Shown here: in pieces, positions 1-8,776 of the stretch
Layout of the letters: every line of letters begins with the position of its first letter
How positions within the stretch are numbered: position 1 is the first letter of the stretch
From: Bacteroidota bacterium
GTDB taxonomy: Bacteria; Bacteroidota; Bacteroidia; 2-12-FULL-35-15
DNA: 64,000 bases
Assembly (NCBI GenBank): GCA_947479085.1
Contig: CANJYB010000017.1
Coordinates: 34,955 to 98,954, forward strand
Direction: 5' to 3'
Program-made: the position numbers and the translations under genes
Notes under the pieces: generated by a model
What the model saw: the letters and a program-made list of their open reading frames with translations, nothing else
The model's database searches: none
What the model was told of the DNA's origin: nothing

Positions 1-1
1 C

Positions 2-544
2 CCTGCTCCATTGATAATTACCTTCCACTGACCTTGGGTTCACAATCTGGTAACGCATTTCAGCAGCTATATAAGGCGTAATAGGTTTGTTAAAATCATA
101 AGCCAGTTTCAGTTTGTTTCTCGAATACCATTCCGGATACCTTCCTTTGTCACTGGTGTAAATATTCCTGTTTTCCACTTGCAATCGTTCGCGAAAAGAA
201 ACAACAAGTTGCGAAAACTTTTTTTTAAGGGTAATATCCAGCATTATCCTATGACGGTAACTGAAAGAATTATCCTGCTCGTATTTTTCTATTAACCTGT
301 AAGCTAAAGATACTTTGAGGATATCAAAAGGTTTGTAAGCAAGTCCTATATCTGTATAAAATAAATTGAGACGGGTAAAGTTTTCTCTTCTGCGGTATTC
401 TTCGGTAAGAAAAAAAGTGAATTTTTTATTTATTTTCTTTTCCAGGTTAAAAGTAGCCCATAATCCTGCATCATTTGAAACTTGTGAAAAAACAACCCCT
501 TTGAAACAGAACACCAAGAAAAAACAAAAAACAACCTTTTTCAT
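2..544 (-). CDS. DUF2490-like outer-membrane beta-barrel protein (3' part outside window)
   Basis: Not in the ORF track. ATG at 544 opens MKKVVFCFFLVFCFKGVVFSQVSNDAGLWATFNLEKK...EEYRRRENF... to the window edge; signal peptide; usual neighbour of DUF4956/VTC genes. Confidence 0.7.
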   Translation of the reverse strand, partial: MKKVVFCFFLVFCFKGVVFSQVSNDAGLWATFNLEKKINKKFTFFLTEEYRRRENFTRLNLFYTDIGLAYKPFDILKVSLAYRLIEKYEQDNSFSYRHRIMLDITLKKKFSQLVVSFRERLQVENRNIYTSDKGRYPEWYSRNKLKLAYDFNKPITPYIAAEMRYQIVNPRSVEGNYQWSR

Positions 545-554
545 GTACAAAAAA

Positions 555-1187
555 TTAATCCTTTTTTGTCTCGTAATGAAAAACCCTTATTAAAGCTGTG
601 TCTTTTAAAAAATCTACTGAAGTAATTTCAATACGGTTTATTTTCAAACCAAGTCTGTTTTCCAAATCGGCCTTAAATGCCTCCTTATTTTCAGGTTTAA
701 TTAATTCTATATTTTCATATACCACTTGTTGTGAAACTTCCTTTTTCATAATAAACGTAGCTTCCAGAAGGAAGGTGACAAAAAGAAGAATAATATCTAG
801 CAGAGATATTTCTATCCAACTGCCTTTACTTAATGCGGTAATTAATCCCATAGCAATAACCAGGAACATATAAGTCATGTCTTTTGTTGTGATTCCTTCT
901 GTACGGAATCGCAAAATAGAAAACACTCCGAACAAGGCAAATGCCGCACCTTGGCCCATATCTGATTTATTGAGAACAAATGTTATCAGAAATATGATGA
1001 TGTTAAAAATAAAGAGAGTGTAAAAGTTCTCTTTGTTCTTATATACAGGAAAATAGATAAAACGAATCAGAACAAATACCGCAACAATATCAATTGTTAA
1101 GCGGATAAAAAATTTTGTTCCAAGTTTGTCAAATAATGAAATCCCTGTGTTAACAGTATCTTCATTTAGCTGTTGCAAAAGTACCAT
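555..1187 (-). CDS. DUF4956 domain membrane protein
   Basis: GAAFALFGVFSILRFRTE...KDMTYMF motif; several TM segments. Confidence 0.85.
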   Translation of the reverse strand: MVLLQQLNEDTVNTGISLFDKLGTKFFIRLTIDIVAVFVLIRFIYFPVYKNKENFYTLFIFNIIIFLITFVLNKSDMGQGAAFALFGVFSILRFRTEGITTKDMTYMFLVIAMGLITALSKGSWIEISLLDIILLFVTFLLEATFIMKKEVSQQVVYENIELIKPENKEAFKADLENRLGLKINRIEITSVDFLKDTALIRVFHYETKKD

Positions 1188-1929
1188 ACAATGTTTTTTT
1201 AATTAGTATTAGATTTGGTTTGAAACTATTATGCTTTATTTTTGTAAAAAGATTAATTACCCCGTAGCAGTATTTACTCATTGAGCCTTGGCGAACATGG
1301 TACTTTTTCATTAAATCAAGAAAAGGAGAAGATACTGAATTGTCTTGCTTTACTTCAGCAATTACAAGGTTTTGAACTGTAGAATCACCTTCATCATTTT
1401 TGAAATTAAGGTTTAAATCTATAGTGACCCGTTCAGGATATTTTTTATTGACAAGGGTTATACGCGAAAAATTTGTCCAAAGTTTTGCATTCAATTTATC
1501 CGGAAGTATAGGAGTTTTTTCTTTTAATAAAGTCTCGGCCTCCTTATCAATTAACCCTGAAATTTCATTTTGTTTTACCCTGTTTTTAATTGTCCTTCCT
1601 TTGTTATTTTTGAATTTAACCTCAAAAAAATTAATATTCGACTCTACATATCTTCTGCTCCTGATTTTATACCTGCTGGGTTTTCCTCTTTGATGCGAAT
1701 GGTATAAATCAAAATTAACGGTATCATAATAAAGCGTTTCATACCTGCTTATCCGATTCCCCATTACATCAAGCACGCTATACTCATTTTTTATTTGTTC
1801 CAGAAAAGACAGAAGATCGCTTTCACGGAAAACAAATTTTGTATCCGTTCTATCCATCAGCGCCACACTATCCATTTCCTTTAATGAAATAGGGGTAAAA
1901 CCTGCTAATATTTCTTTCAGATTGTTCAA
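1162..1929 (-). CDS. VTC-domain (polyphosphate polymerase-like, CYTH/TTM fold) protein
   Basis: LMDRTDTKF, YETLYYDT, KIRSRRY, FEVK, RVTID, IAEVK, SKY motifs. Confidence 0.85.
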   Translation of the reverse strand: MNNLKEILAGFTPISLKEMDSVALMDRTDTKFVFRESDLLSFLEQIKNEYSVLDVMGNRISRYETLYYDTVNFDLYHSHQRGKPSRYKIRSRRYVESNINFFEVKFKNNKGRTIKNRVKQNEISGLIDKEAETLLKEKTPILPDKLNAKLWTNFSRITLVNKKYPERVTIDLNLNFKNDEGDSTVQNLVIAEVKQDNSVSSPFLDLMKKYHVRQGSMSKYCYGVINLFTKIKHNSFKPNLILIKKTLYGTFATAK

Positions 1930-1930
1930 T

Positions 1931-2497
1931 TTAATATTCGTATGTATACTTTTTAATAGCTAAAATGTTTCCACCAGCATCCGTGGTTTTCTTTTCTATT
2001 TTCAAACTATTTTTATCGTAAGTATAAATCGACTTTTTAATCACCTTGCCTTGCACATCGGTGGTTAGTTCAAACGTTTTTTCTCCTTTAGCATTATATC
2101 CAAACTGAGTTTTTTCAGTCATTTGGTCTTTTGAATCGTAATCGGTTTCCAATGTTTTGTCTTTATTGACATTATATTCCGTTACTGTTTTTTTAATCAC
2201 GTTTCCCTTTTCATCAAAAACTACTTTTTCCGTTTCATCATCGTTCTTATTGTATTTTGTGGTTTCCTTTTTCTTAAAAGTTCCATCTTTATTGTATTCT
2301 ATTTCTTCGGTAACGTTTCCGGATTTATCAAACTTCTGAAATGATTCAGTAAATGTCTTTTCTTTCCCGTCAGTTATTTCAGTAAGGGTTTCGGTAGCTG
2401 ATTTTATTTTAAATTTCTTTACATCTTTTTTATTCTGAGCAAAAGAAATGGTAGTTAAACAAATGAATGCGAAAACTAAACGTATTGTGTTTTTCAT
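1931..2497 (-). CDS. Exported protein with YD-like beta-hairpin repeats
   Basis: Signal peptide; repeated E..Y.KDG/YNAKG units. Confidence 0.6.
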   Translation of the reverse strand: MKNTIRLVFAFICLTTISFAQNKKDVKKFKIKSATETLTEITDGKEKTFTESFQKFDKSGNVTEEIEYNKDGTFKKKETTKYNKNDDETEKVVFDEKGNVIKKTVTEYNVNKDKTLETDYDSKDQMTEKTQFGYNAKGEKTFELTTDVQGKVIKKSIYTYDKNSLKIEKKTTDAGGNILAIKKYTYEY

Positions 2498-2506
2498 ATT
2501 TATCTT

Positions 2507-2938
2507 TTAATTTTCTATTACTATTGTTCCGGCATCTACCGTTTGTTTTTTACTCGTAATCTCTACTGATTTGATAATCGCTTTGTTTGGTGCGTGTAAA
2601 TCAGGATTAGATGGAGAGTAAGGAGGAGTAGCAACTGTGGCTACCGAATCTTTGGAATATGCGTAAATTTTATAATTACCCTTTCTGAGATAATCAAATT
2701 CATAAACTCCATCGGGTCCTGATTTTACCCTGTTCCCGTAAGTTGCATCATCACCGTAAATAATGTATACATCAATGTCAGCACCTGGCCCTTGATTATA
2801 AAGCGCTCCAAAATCAGGACGAACATTGCGCGCCCATATTTTACCAGTGATAGTCGCTTGTCCACCTTCCCCGGCTTCCTTTTTACAGGAAGAGATTACA
2901 ATTAATGTAATTCCCAAAACAAAAAATACCTTTTTCAT
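2507..2938 (-). CDS. Hypothetical lipoprotein (beta-sandwich)
   Basis: Lipobox ISSC. Confidence 0.65.
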   Translation of the reverse strand: MKKVFFVLGITLIVISSCKKEAGEGGQATITGKIWARNVRPDFGALYNQGPGADIDVYIIYGDDATYGNRVKSGPDGVYEFDYLRKGNYKIYAYSKDSVATVATPPYSPSNPDLHAPNKAIIKSVEITSKKQTVDAGTIVIEN

Positions 2939-2952
2939 TGTTTATATTTTAT

Positions 2953-4605
2953 TTACTCTGTTATTATAAAATTTCCTTTTCCAAGCACTTCTGTTTTACT
3001 TGTTGCAATGTAGAAATAGTAACCACTTGAAAGATTATTTCTCTTAATTATAGTTTGATTAGAATTAGTAATTTGCTGAGTCATTATTTTCTTCCCTGAA
3101 ATATCATATATATTCAGCTCCCATGATTTAATGATTTCGGATGAATTAATCCTTATAGTTGTCTGTGTATTAAACGGATTTGGGAAACTGGAAATAGAAT
3201 ATGCATCAGTAAAAAATTCTTTTATCCCAATATTTGATTCATTGGGAATGTGGTGATGTGCATAAATGTCATGATTTCCATTTCTTTTATCTGTCCAGGT
3301 ATATATTGAACCTCCATCACTTGTAGAAATGTTTTTGGGTCCTGATTGTCCTCCTGTTGCTATTGCTATAGAATCTCCTGTTGGCATCCATAATTTGACA
3401 CCTGTTGAATCCAAACGCTGTGAAAATACATCCCAGGTACCGCTTGAAGTGGTTGAATCCTGCCATACAATAACAGAACCACTAAAATTATCACTTACAC
3501 AATTTGGATTAATTCCATTTCCAAGCAATATTCCATTTCCATTTGTAGTTGAAATTTTTGTACCATCTGGTCTGAGCCTGTTTGCATATATCTGATATAT
3601 CCCGGCCCGCTCATCTTTCCAGGCCACTATTATCCCGTTTGTATCAACGCTTATATCTATTGCACTTTGGTTGGCTATGGCGCTGCACACAGTAATACCA
3701 TATTGATTCCATTGCAATGCTCCATTTGCACTTAATCGTTGAGCATAAATATCATAATCATCTCCATTTCGTTTATCCTGCCAGCCAATATAAGCACCAT
3801 TCATTCCATCCGATTCCAGCTTTGGGTTGGTTTGGTTTCCCGGAGTGTTACAAACCAACACTCCATTTGCCGTCCACTGAACAACTCCATTAGCATCAAT
3901 TCGTTGAGAATAAATAAAATTTTCTACAAAACCTCGTTTGTCTTGCCAGATAATAATTGCACCACCTAAGCCATCAGGAACTATTCTGGGGTTAATTTGT
4001 GTTCCAGCTGCATTGCATATAACCTCCCCTCCCGCGGTCCACATGATGGCTCCTGCACTGCTTATCCTTTGGGCATAAATATCTAGGGTTCCACCAACGG
4101 AATCTTCCCAGACAAAAATGCCACCTCCTGCACCATCACTTATCACTCTTACGCTTCTTTGATTCGCAGCCTTTAAGCAAACGGCAACTCCATTAGCCGT
4201 CCAAAGCATATTACCACTCGAATCTATTTTTTGAGCATAAATATCTTTATCTCCACTTCGTTTATCTTCCCATGCTATTATAGCGCCTGAGTTATCTGAA
4301 GATACAATGTATTCTGTATTTTGAGTTGCTGTATCAGAACAAACTACCACTCCATCAAGGGTCCACACAGGAAATCCTGCAGCATTCATCCTTTGAACAT
4401 AAATATCTCCGGTTACCGAATCTACCCGATAATCTGCCCAGGCTATAATGGCACCACCTTTGGAATCGGAAACAATTCTTGAGTCTTCCTGTCGGTGAGG
4501 TTGAACACAAACCGGAGTATTGATAGCCGGGTTTTGAACCCATTGCGAAAATCCTTTCGACAATATCCCAATAAATAAAAGACAAAAATGTAATTTTAAT
4601 TTCAT
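2953..4605 (-). CDS. T9SS type A sorting-domain protein with beta-propeller-like repeats
   Basis: About 7 repeats of SDGxGGAIIxWxDxR..DIYAQRI; C-terminal FPNPF...LSSGYYF CTD. Confidence 0.85.
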   Translation of the reverse strand: MKLKLHFCLLFIGILSKGFSQWVQNPAINTPVCVQPHRQEDSRIVSDSKGGAIIAWADYRVDSVTGDIYVQRMNAAGFPVWTLDGVVVCSDTATQNTEYIVSSDNSGAIIAWEDKRSGDKDIYAQKIDSSGNMLWTANGVAVCLKAANQRSVRVISDGAGGGIFVWEDSVGGTLDIYAQRISSAGAIMWTAGGEVICNAAGTQINPRIVPDGLGGAIIIWQDKRGFVENFIYSQRIDANGVVQWTANGVLVCNTPGNQTNPKLESDGMNGAYIGWQDKRNGDDYDIYAQRLSANGALQWNQYGITVCSAIANQSAIDISVDTNGIIVAWKDERAGIYQIYANRLRPDGTKISTTNGNGILLGNGINPNCVSDNFSGSVIVWQDSTTSSGTWDVFSQRLDSTGVKLWMPTGDSIAIATGGQSGPKNISTSDGGSIYTWTDKRNGNHDIYAHHHIPNESNIGIKEFFTDAYSISSFPNPFNTQTTIRINSSEIIKSWELNIYDISGKKIMTQQITNSNQTIIKRNNLSSGYYFYIATSKTEVLGKGNFIITE

Positions 4606-4628
4606 AAGCTATTAATTTTAAATTTCGG

Positions 4629-4636
4629 CAAAGTTA
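4629..4636 (-). promoter_or_regulatory. Bacteroidota -7 promoter element TAACTTTG of the T9SS-VTC operon
   Basis: Matches TAnnTTTG about 25 bp upstream of the ATG at 4605. Confidence 0.55.
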
Positions 4637-4701
4637 ATATTATATTAATATTATAAATCAACGTTATCTGTCGTTTATCGAAATTAAGAACAAAGTAGTT
4701 T

Positions 4702-5016
4702 TTAAGCCTGTGCTGTTGGACCTCCAAAATTCATGGGCAAACCGGTAGGCATGTCGGTATCTTTAATAGTACCATGCACCTGTTCAAATTTACCGATATT
4801 ATCTTTTAATGCTTTCATTAATCTTTTCGCATGCTGAGGGGTTAGTACAATGCGCGATTTCACTTTTGCTTTTGGTATACCCGGCATCATTCTAATAAAA
4901 TCTACCACGAATTCCGAATTGGAATGGGTAATGATGGCAAGATTTGAATAAATTCCTTCTGCTACTTCCTCGCTTAACTCAATATTTAATTGGTTATTGT
5001 TTTGTTGTTCTTCCAT
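4702..5016 (-). CDS. DUF3467 domain protein
   Basis: GIYSNLAIITHSNSEFVVDF...RIVLTPQHAKRL; start reassigned to MEEQQ at 5016. Confidence 0.85.
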   Translation of the reverse strand: MEEQQNNNQLNIELSEEVAEGIYSNLAIITHSNSEFVVDFIRMMPGIPKAKVKSRIVLTPQHAKRLMKALKDNIGKFEQVHGTIKDTDMPTGLPMNFGGPTAQA

Positions 5017-5143
5017 TATTTTTTCTTTATTTATTGTTAAAAGTTGGTAAAGATAATTTTTTTCGCGGAATGGAATACCAAAACAAGCCATCAAAAAAGG
5101 ATGGAGAATTATAGGTACAGCTTTGGAATAAACAATTGAAGTT

Positions 5144-5500
5144 TTACTTACTTGCTTTCACGTTGGAAAGTTGAGCAGGAAATCCTGCATTGCAGCCTTC
5201 GGGGTTGTGCATTCTTAAAGGGATATAATCAAACGAAATTACCATTCCGTCCACATCCAGGTTGTCAGGGAGTTTATCTTTGGGAATAAGGGTCATCACC
5301 TCATCCCCCTTTTTCACTATAATTACTGTAGCACATCCGGTAGCCCGGTATTGGTGAGATACGGTCCCTTTGGTTTGCCCGGTAGTTTGTTCCATAGTTG
5401 TGGTAGTTGTAGCAGTTGTTTTTTTGTCAGCGTGTTTGCCAATTTTACAGGCGCCAATGCTTAAGGCTACCACCGCTATTATTAGTGCAATGTTCTTCAT
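5144..5500 (-). CDS. Hypothetical lipoprotein
   Basis: Lipobox IGAC, Thr-rich linker, small two-Cys domain. Confidence 0.6.
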   Translation of the reverse strand: MKNIALIIAVVALSIGACKIGKHADKKTTATTTTTMEQTTGQTKGTVSHQYRATGCATVIIVKKGDEVMTLIPKDKLPDNLDVDGMVISFDYIPLRMHNPEGCNAGFPAQLSNVKASK

Positions 5501-5515
5501 TTTTACAATTAATTT

Positions 5516-7384
5516 TTACTGAATATTTATCTTTTTAACCCTTTGAAAACTGCTGTTCATTTTACCTACCCTAACCAGGTAAGTTCCTTTTGCCAAAGCT
5601 GAAACATCAAGGGAGGTTTCAAAGGAATGAAAAGAAGGTTTTATTTTTCTACTCATGATTTTTTTTCCATTAATATCAAATAAATCCACAATCAGCTCAT
5701 CGTCATTTTCAAGGCTGGTGCCTATAATATTTACATCATTTCCCGATTGAAAAACATTTACTACTGCCGAGGCATTATCATATTCGGCCACTCCCACATA
5801 ACACGGAATCTGGAAAGAATAAATCCTTGTGCCTATATTAGGATTACTGCCGGTTGCATACTCTCCCGTATGCCAAAATGTAGTTCCATCAACCGGGTCG
5901 ATGGCTGTTTGCGAATAATCGCCCCAACGAAAGGTTTGAGTTAATACTCCGGTGCCCTGGAAAGCAACCGTTTCTGCAATTGTCATGGTACCCAAAGGAT
6001 CGTTGGCAATTCTTCCGGTATAAGCCAGGCTTGGGTAATCGCCTGCGGCAGATGAAGATTTATTATAACATAAGGCTATGCTTCCGCAATCGTTCATGGC
6101 TATACTTCCGCACCAATAGCTGGAAGTTCCGGGTGCATACGTTCCTTCCTGAAATTTAGACCAAACACCGCTGGTATCATTCTGACGCAATTCCACCCAG
6201 CGAATGCCTCTTTGTGTTGCACTTATACGCACTGCAAAATTTAAAACCACTGTATTGTATCCTGTCCATTTTCTCCATTGCGCCCTGAAGTTCAAAAACC
6301 CGCCCAATCCATCCAGTTTAGAAGTAGTTCCCGGTTGGGAAATATCGGAACCAGCCACACTGTACTGAGAATCGAAAGCGGAAAGACCCACAAGGGCAGG
6401 ACTTGCAGAAATAGTAGCTGTAGGAACAGCTGGTGTCCAGTTAACAGACATGGACCATATCCTGATTTCATCTCCTCCTCCTCCCCAGGAATTATCATGA
6501 AAAGAAAAGAAAGGAAGCGGAGTTCCAAATGGGGGCAATTGCCCATCAGCATCTGCAGGTAGCGGAACATAAAAAGAACTGGTGGTACCGCTGGTAAAAG
6601 GAATACCAACAGAACGAGCCGGCCTACCCAACAGCATGGAATCTCTTTCAAAACAATATACCTCATCCGTATTTTGATTGGCGGTCATATAATATCCATC
6701 TGCCCAGATAGAAAATTTCTGAAAATCGGGATACTGACCTGTAGCAAATGTGTACGTATAATAAGTACCTGAAGGGTCGGCTGTAGTGGAAATGGCTATA
6801 TAAGTGTTCAGGTCGCCATTGCTGGCTTGTCCTATCTGGCTCAAAAACCAGCGGTCAGCATATTTATCATACAGCACAATGGGGTCGCCACCATTACCCA
6901 CTGCAGGAACCCAGAGATTACCCAGATGGTGAACTGCACCTACTAATGCCCCAGTGGTTTTATTAAATACTTTTAATGGAGTAGAATTTACACATTGAAC
7001 ATAATGATTAGGTCCGGCCGCACCAGAAGGGTCCGGGGGATAAAACAAACCCACCTGGCCTGCCCAGTTGGTTGAAATGGATGATGACTGGCGGGTACCG
7101 GGAACGGTTTGTCTTACCTGTTCATCTTCTCGGTATTCTTCACCGTCTTTTTCAGTATATAAATAAGTATGTTTTACTCTATGTTCACCATCTTCCGATT
7201 CTTTTCTTTGAATATTATCTGTTTCGTTTTCAGAAGCTACTGAATCGAACAATTCGCTTAAGGGACGGGAAATACCAAAGGAGGTATATTTTACTAAATG
7301 AACTTTGGGCTTTTGGTCATTGCTTTGAGAAAACAAATTGCCAACAGCACTACATAAAAATGCAATAATAATAAGGGTTCTCAT
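5516..7384 (-). CDS. T9SS-sorted secreted protein (uncharacterised beta-rich domain)
   Basis: Signal peptide; PPDPSGAAGPNHYVQ and RWGDYS motifs; C-terminal LAKGTYLVRV CTD. Confidence 0.8.
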   Translation of the reverse strand: MRTLIIIAFLCSAVGNLFSQSNDQKPKVHLVKYTSFGISRPLSELFDSVASENETDNIQRKESEDGEHRVKHTYLYTEKDGEEYREDEQVRQTVPGTRQSSSISTNWAGQVGLFYPPDPSGAAGPNHYVQCVNSTPLKVFNKTTGALVGAVHHLGNLWVPAVGNGGDPIVLYDKYADRWFLSQIGQASNGDLNTYIAISTTADPSGTYYTYTFATGQYPDFQKFSIWADGYYMTANQNTDEVYCFERDSMLLGRPARSVGIPFTSGTTSSFYVPLPADADGQLPPFGTPLPFFSFHDNSWGGGGDEIRIWSMSVNWTPAVPTATISASPALVGLSAFDSQYSVAGSDISQPGTTSKLDGLGGFLNFRAQWRKWTGYNTVVLNFAVRISATQRGIRWVELRQNDTSGVWSKFQEGTYAPGTSSYWCGSIAMNDCGSIALCYNKSSSAAGDYPSLAYTGRIANDPLGTMTIAETVAFQGTGVLTQTFRWGDYSQTAIDPVDGTTFWHTGEYATGSNPNIGTRIYSFQIPCYVGVAEYDNASAVVNVFQSGNDVNIIGTSLENDDELIVDLFDINGKKIMSRKIKPSFHSFETSLDVSALAKGTYLVRVGKMNSSFQRVKKINIQ

Positions 7385-7389
7385 ACTTT

Positions 7390-7803
7390 TTAATCCAATT
7401 TTGGCATTTCAATTTCATCCTGAACTAAAAAGGAAGAAGGGAAATCGGCCTGTACCTGTTTCAGAAATTTATAGGCTTCCAGTTTTGTCCTGAAATCGCC
7501 CACACGGATATTAAAATTGGGCTGATCGTACTTTTCGTAAGCAGGTACATTAGGATATTTTGCCAGAAAATCCGCTTTTATTTCCTTGGCTTTGTTTTTA
7601 TCCGAACCAAAATGTATTTTTATTCTGTATCCTTTTATAGGAGCTTTGGCATTTATCTCTGCATGGTTGCTTAGCAACTCTTTTACCTTTGCGTCCTGCA
7701 CTATTTCTACCTTTCCGGAATCTTTTGCAGCCGTTTGAGAGCGAAGCAGGCTGCCGGAGATTAGTATTAAAACTACTAATAAAGTAAATTTCAGTTTATT
7801 CAT
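7390..7803 (-). CDS. SPOR domain protein
   Basis: GYRIKI...PNFNIRVGDFRTKLEA; start at MNKLK. Confidence 0.85.
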   Translation of the reverse strand: MNKLKFTLLVVLILISGSLLRSQTAAKDSGKVEIVQDAKVKELLSNHAEINAKAPIKGYRIKIHFGSDKNKAKEIKADFLAKYPNVPAYEKYDQPNFNIRVGDFRTKLEAYKFLKQVQADFPSSFLVQDEIEMPKLD

Positions 7804-7910
7804 TGTTTTGTATTTACGCCACAAAGTTAATTTATTTTCTTGTTTTACAGTTATGGCTATGGTTTAGTTGGATTTGGTATTCAAATTTAATGCCCTTACA
7901 ATTTGGTTTG

Positions 7911-8017
7911 TTAACATTGGCTTAACATTGAGATAATATAATGGTAATCTTAATGAAGATTGACTTTATCCATAAGAATATACTTTTGCCTAACATTAAA
8001 TTAACCTTATATTAACA
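7911..8017 (+). promoter_or_regulatory. 11-bp-period TTAACA direct repeats (Pho-box-like) flanking a TACTTTTG -7 element
   Basis: TTAACA at 7911 and 7922; CTAACA/TTAACC/TTAACA at 7990, 8001, 8012; -7 box at 7981; upstream of phosphate transport genes. Confidence 0.45.
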
Positions 8018-8032
8018 ATAAACTTAATCCTG

Positions 8033-8677
8033 ATGAACTTAAACATCTTCCAATTTTTTCAGCCAAAAGACAAAATATTTTTTCTCCTTTTTCAAAAGGC
8101 ATCGGCCAATGCAACGGAAACCGCAAAAGCTTTGGTGGAATTAGTAACTACTTCTTCTGTTGACAGAAGGAAAGAAATGTTTCGTGAAATTGAAAAACTG
8201 GAGCACGTAGGTGATGACATTACTCACGAAACATTTAATCAGTTAAGTTTGAATTTCATCACTCCTTTTGATCGTGACGATATTCATAACCTGGTTTCGT
8301 CCATTGATGATATAGTGGATTATATACATGGGGCCTCCAAACGGATTGAACTATATAAGGTGGAAGAAATGACCCCGGCTATTGTTAAACTGGCTGAGCT
8401 TATTCTTAAAAGCACCGAAGAATTACAAATTGCCGTTTCTGAATTGAAAAATCTTAAAAACATTTCGAAAATAAAAGAATCGACTGTAAGAATTAACAGC
8501 ATCGAAAATCATGCGGATGATATTTTTGATATGGCTATTGCAAAATTATTTGAAGAAGAAAAAAATGCAGTGGAGGTTATTAAAATGAAAGATGTTTTAT
8601 TTGTTCTGGAAACAGCTACTGATAAATGCGAAGAAGCTGCTAATGTAATTAATACAATACTTATTAAAAATGCTTAA
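8033..8677 (+). CDS. DUF47 phosphate transport regulator (PhoU-like)
   Basis: LEHVGDDITH..FITPFDRDDI, LETATDKCE; directly upstream of pit. Confidence 0.9.
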   Translation: MNLNIFQFFQPKDKIFFLLFQKASANATETAKALVELVTTSSVDRRKEMFREIEKLEHVGDDITHETFNQLSLNFITPFDRDDIHNLVSSIDDIVDYIHGASKRIELYKVEEMTPAIVKLAELILKSTEELQIAVSELKNLKNISKIKESTVRINSIENHADDIFDMAIAKLFEEEKNAVEVIKMKDVLFVLETATDKCEEAANVINTILIKNA

Positions 8678-8679
8678 CT

Positions 8680-8772
8680 AATTATGAATTATGAGTGATG
8701 AATTATGAGTTAAATGCCCATTTTGTTTTCTCAATTCTTCATTCATAATTTATAATTTATAATTCATAACTC
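8680..8772. repeat. Inverted heptamer repeats (AATTATG)n...(CATAATT)n
   Basis: Seen between DUF47 and pit; can fold into a hairpin. Confidence 0.7.
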
Positions 8773-8776
8773 AAAT

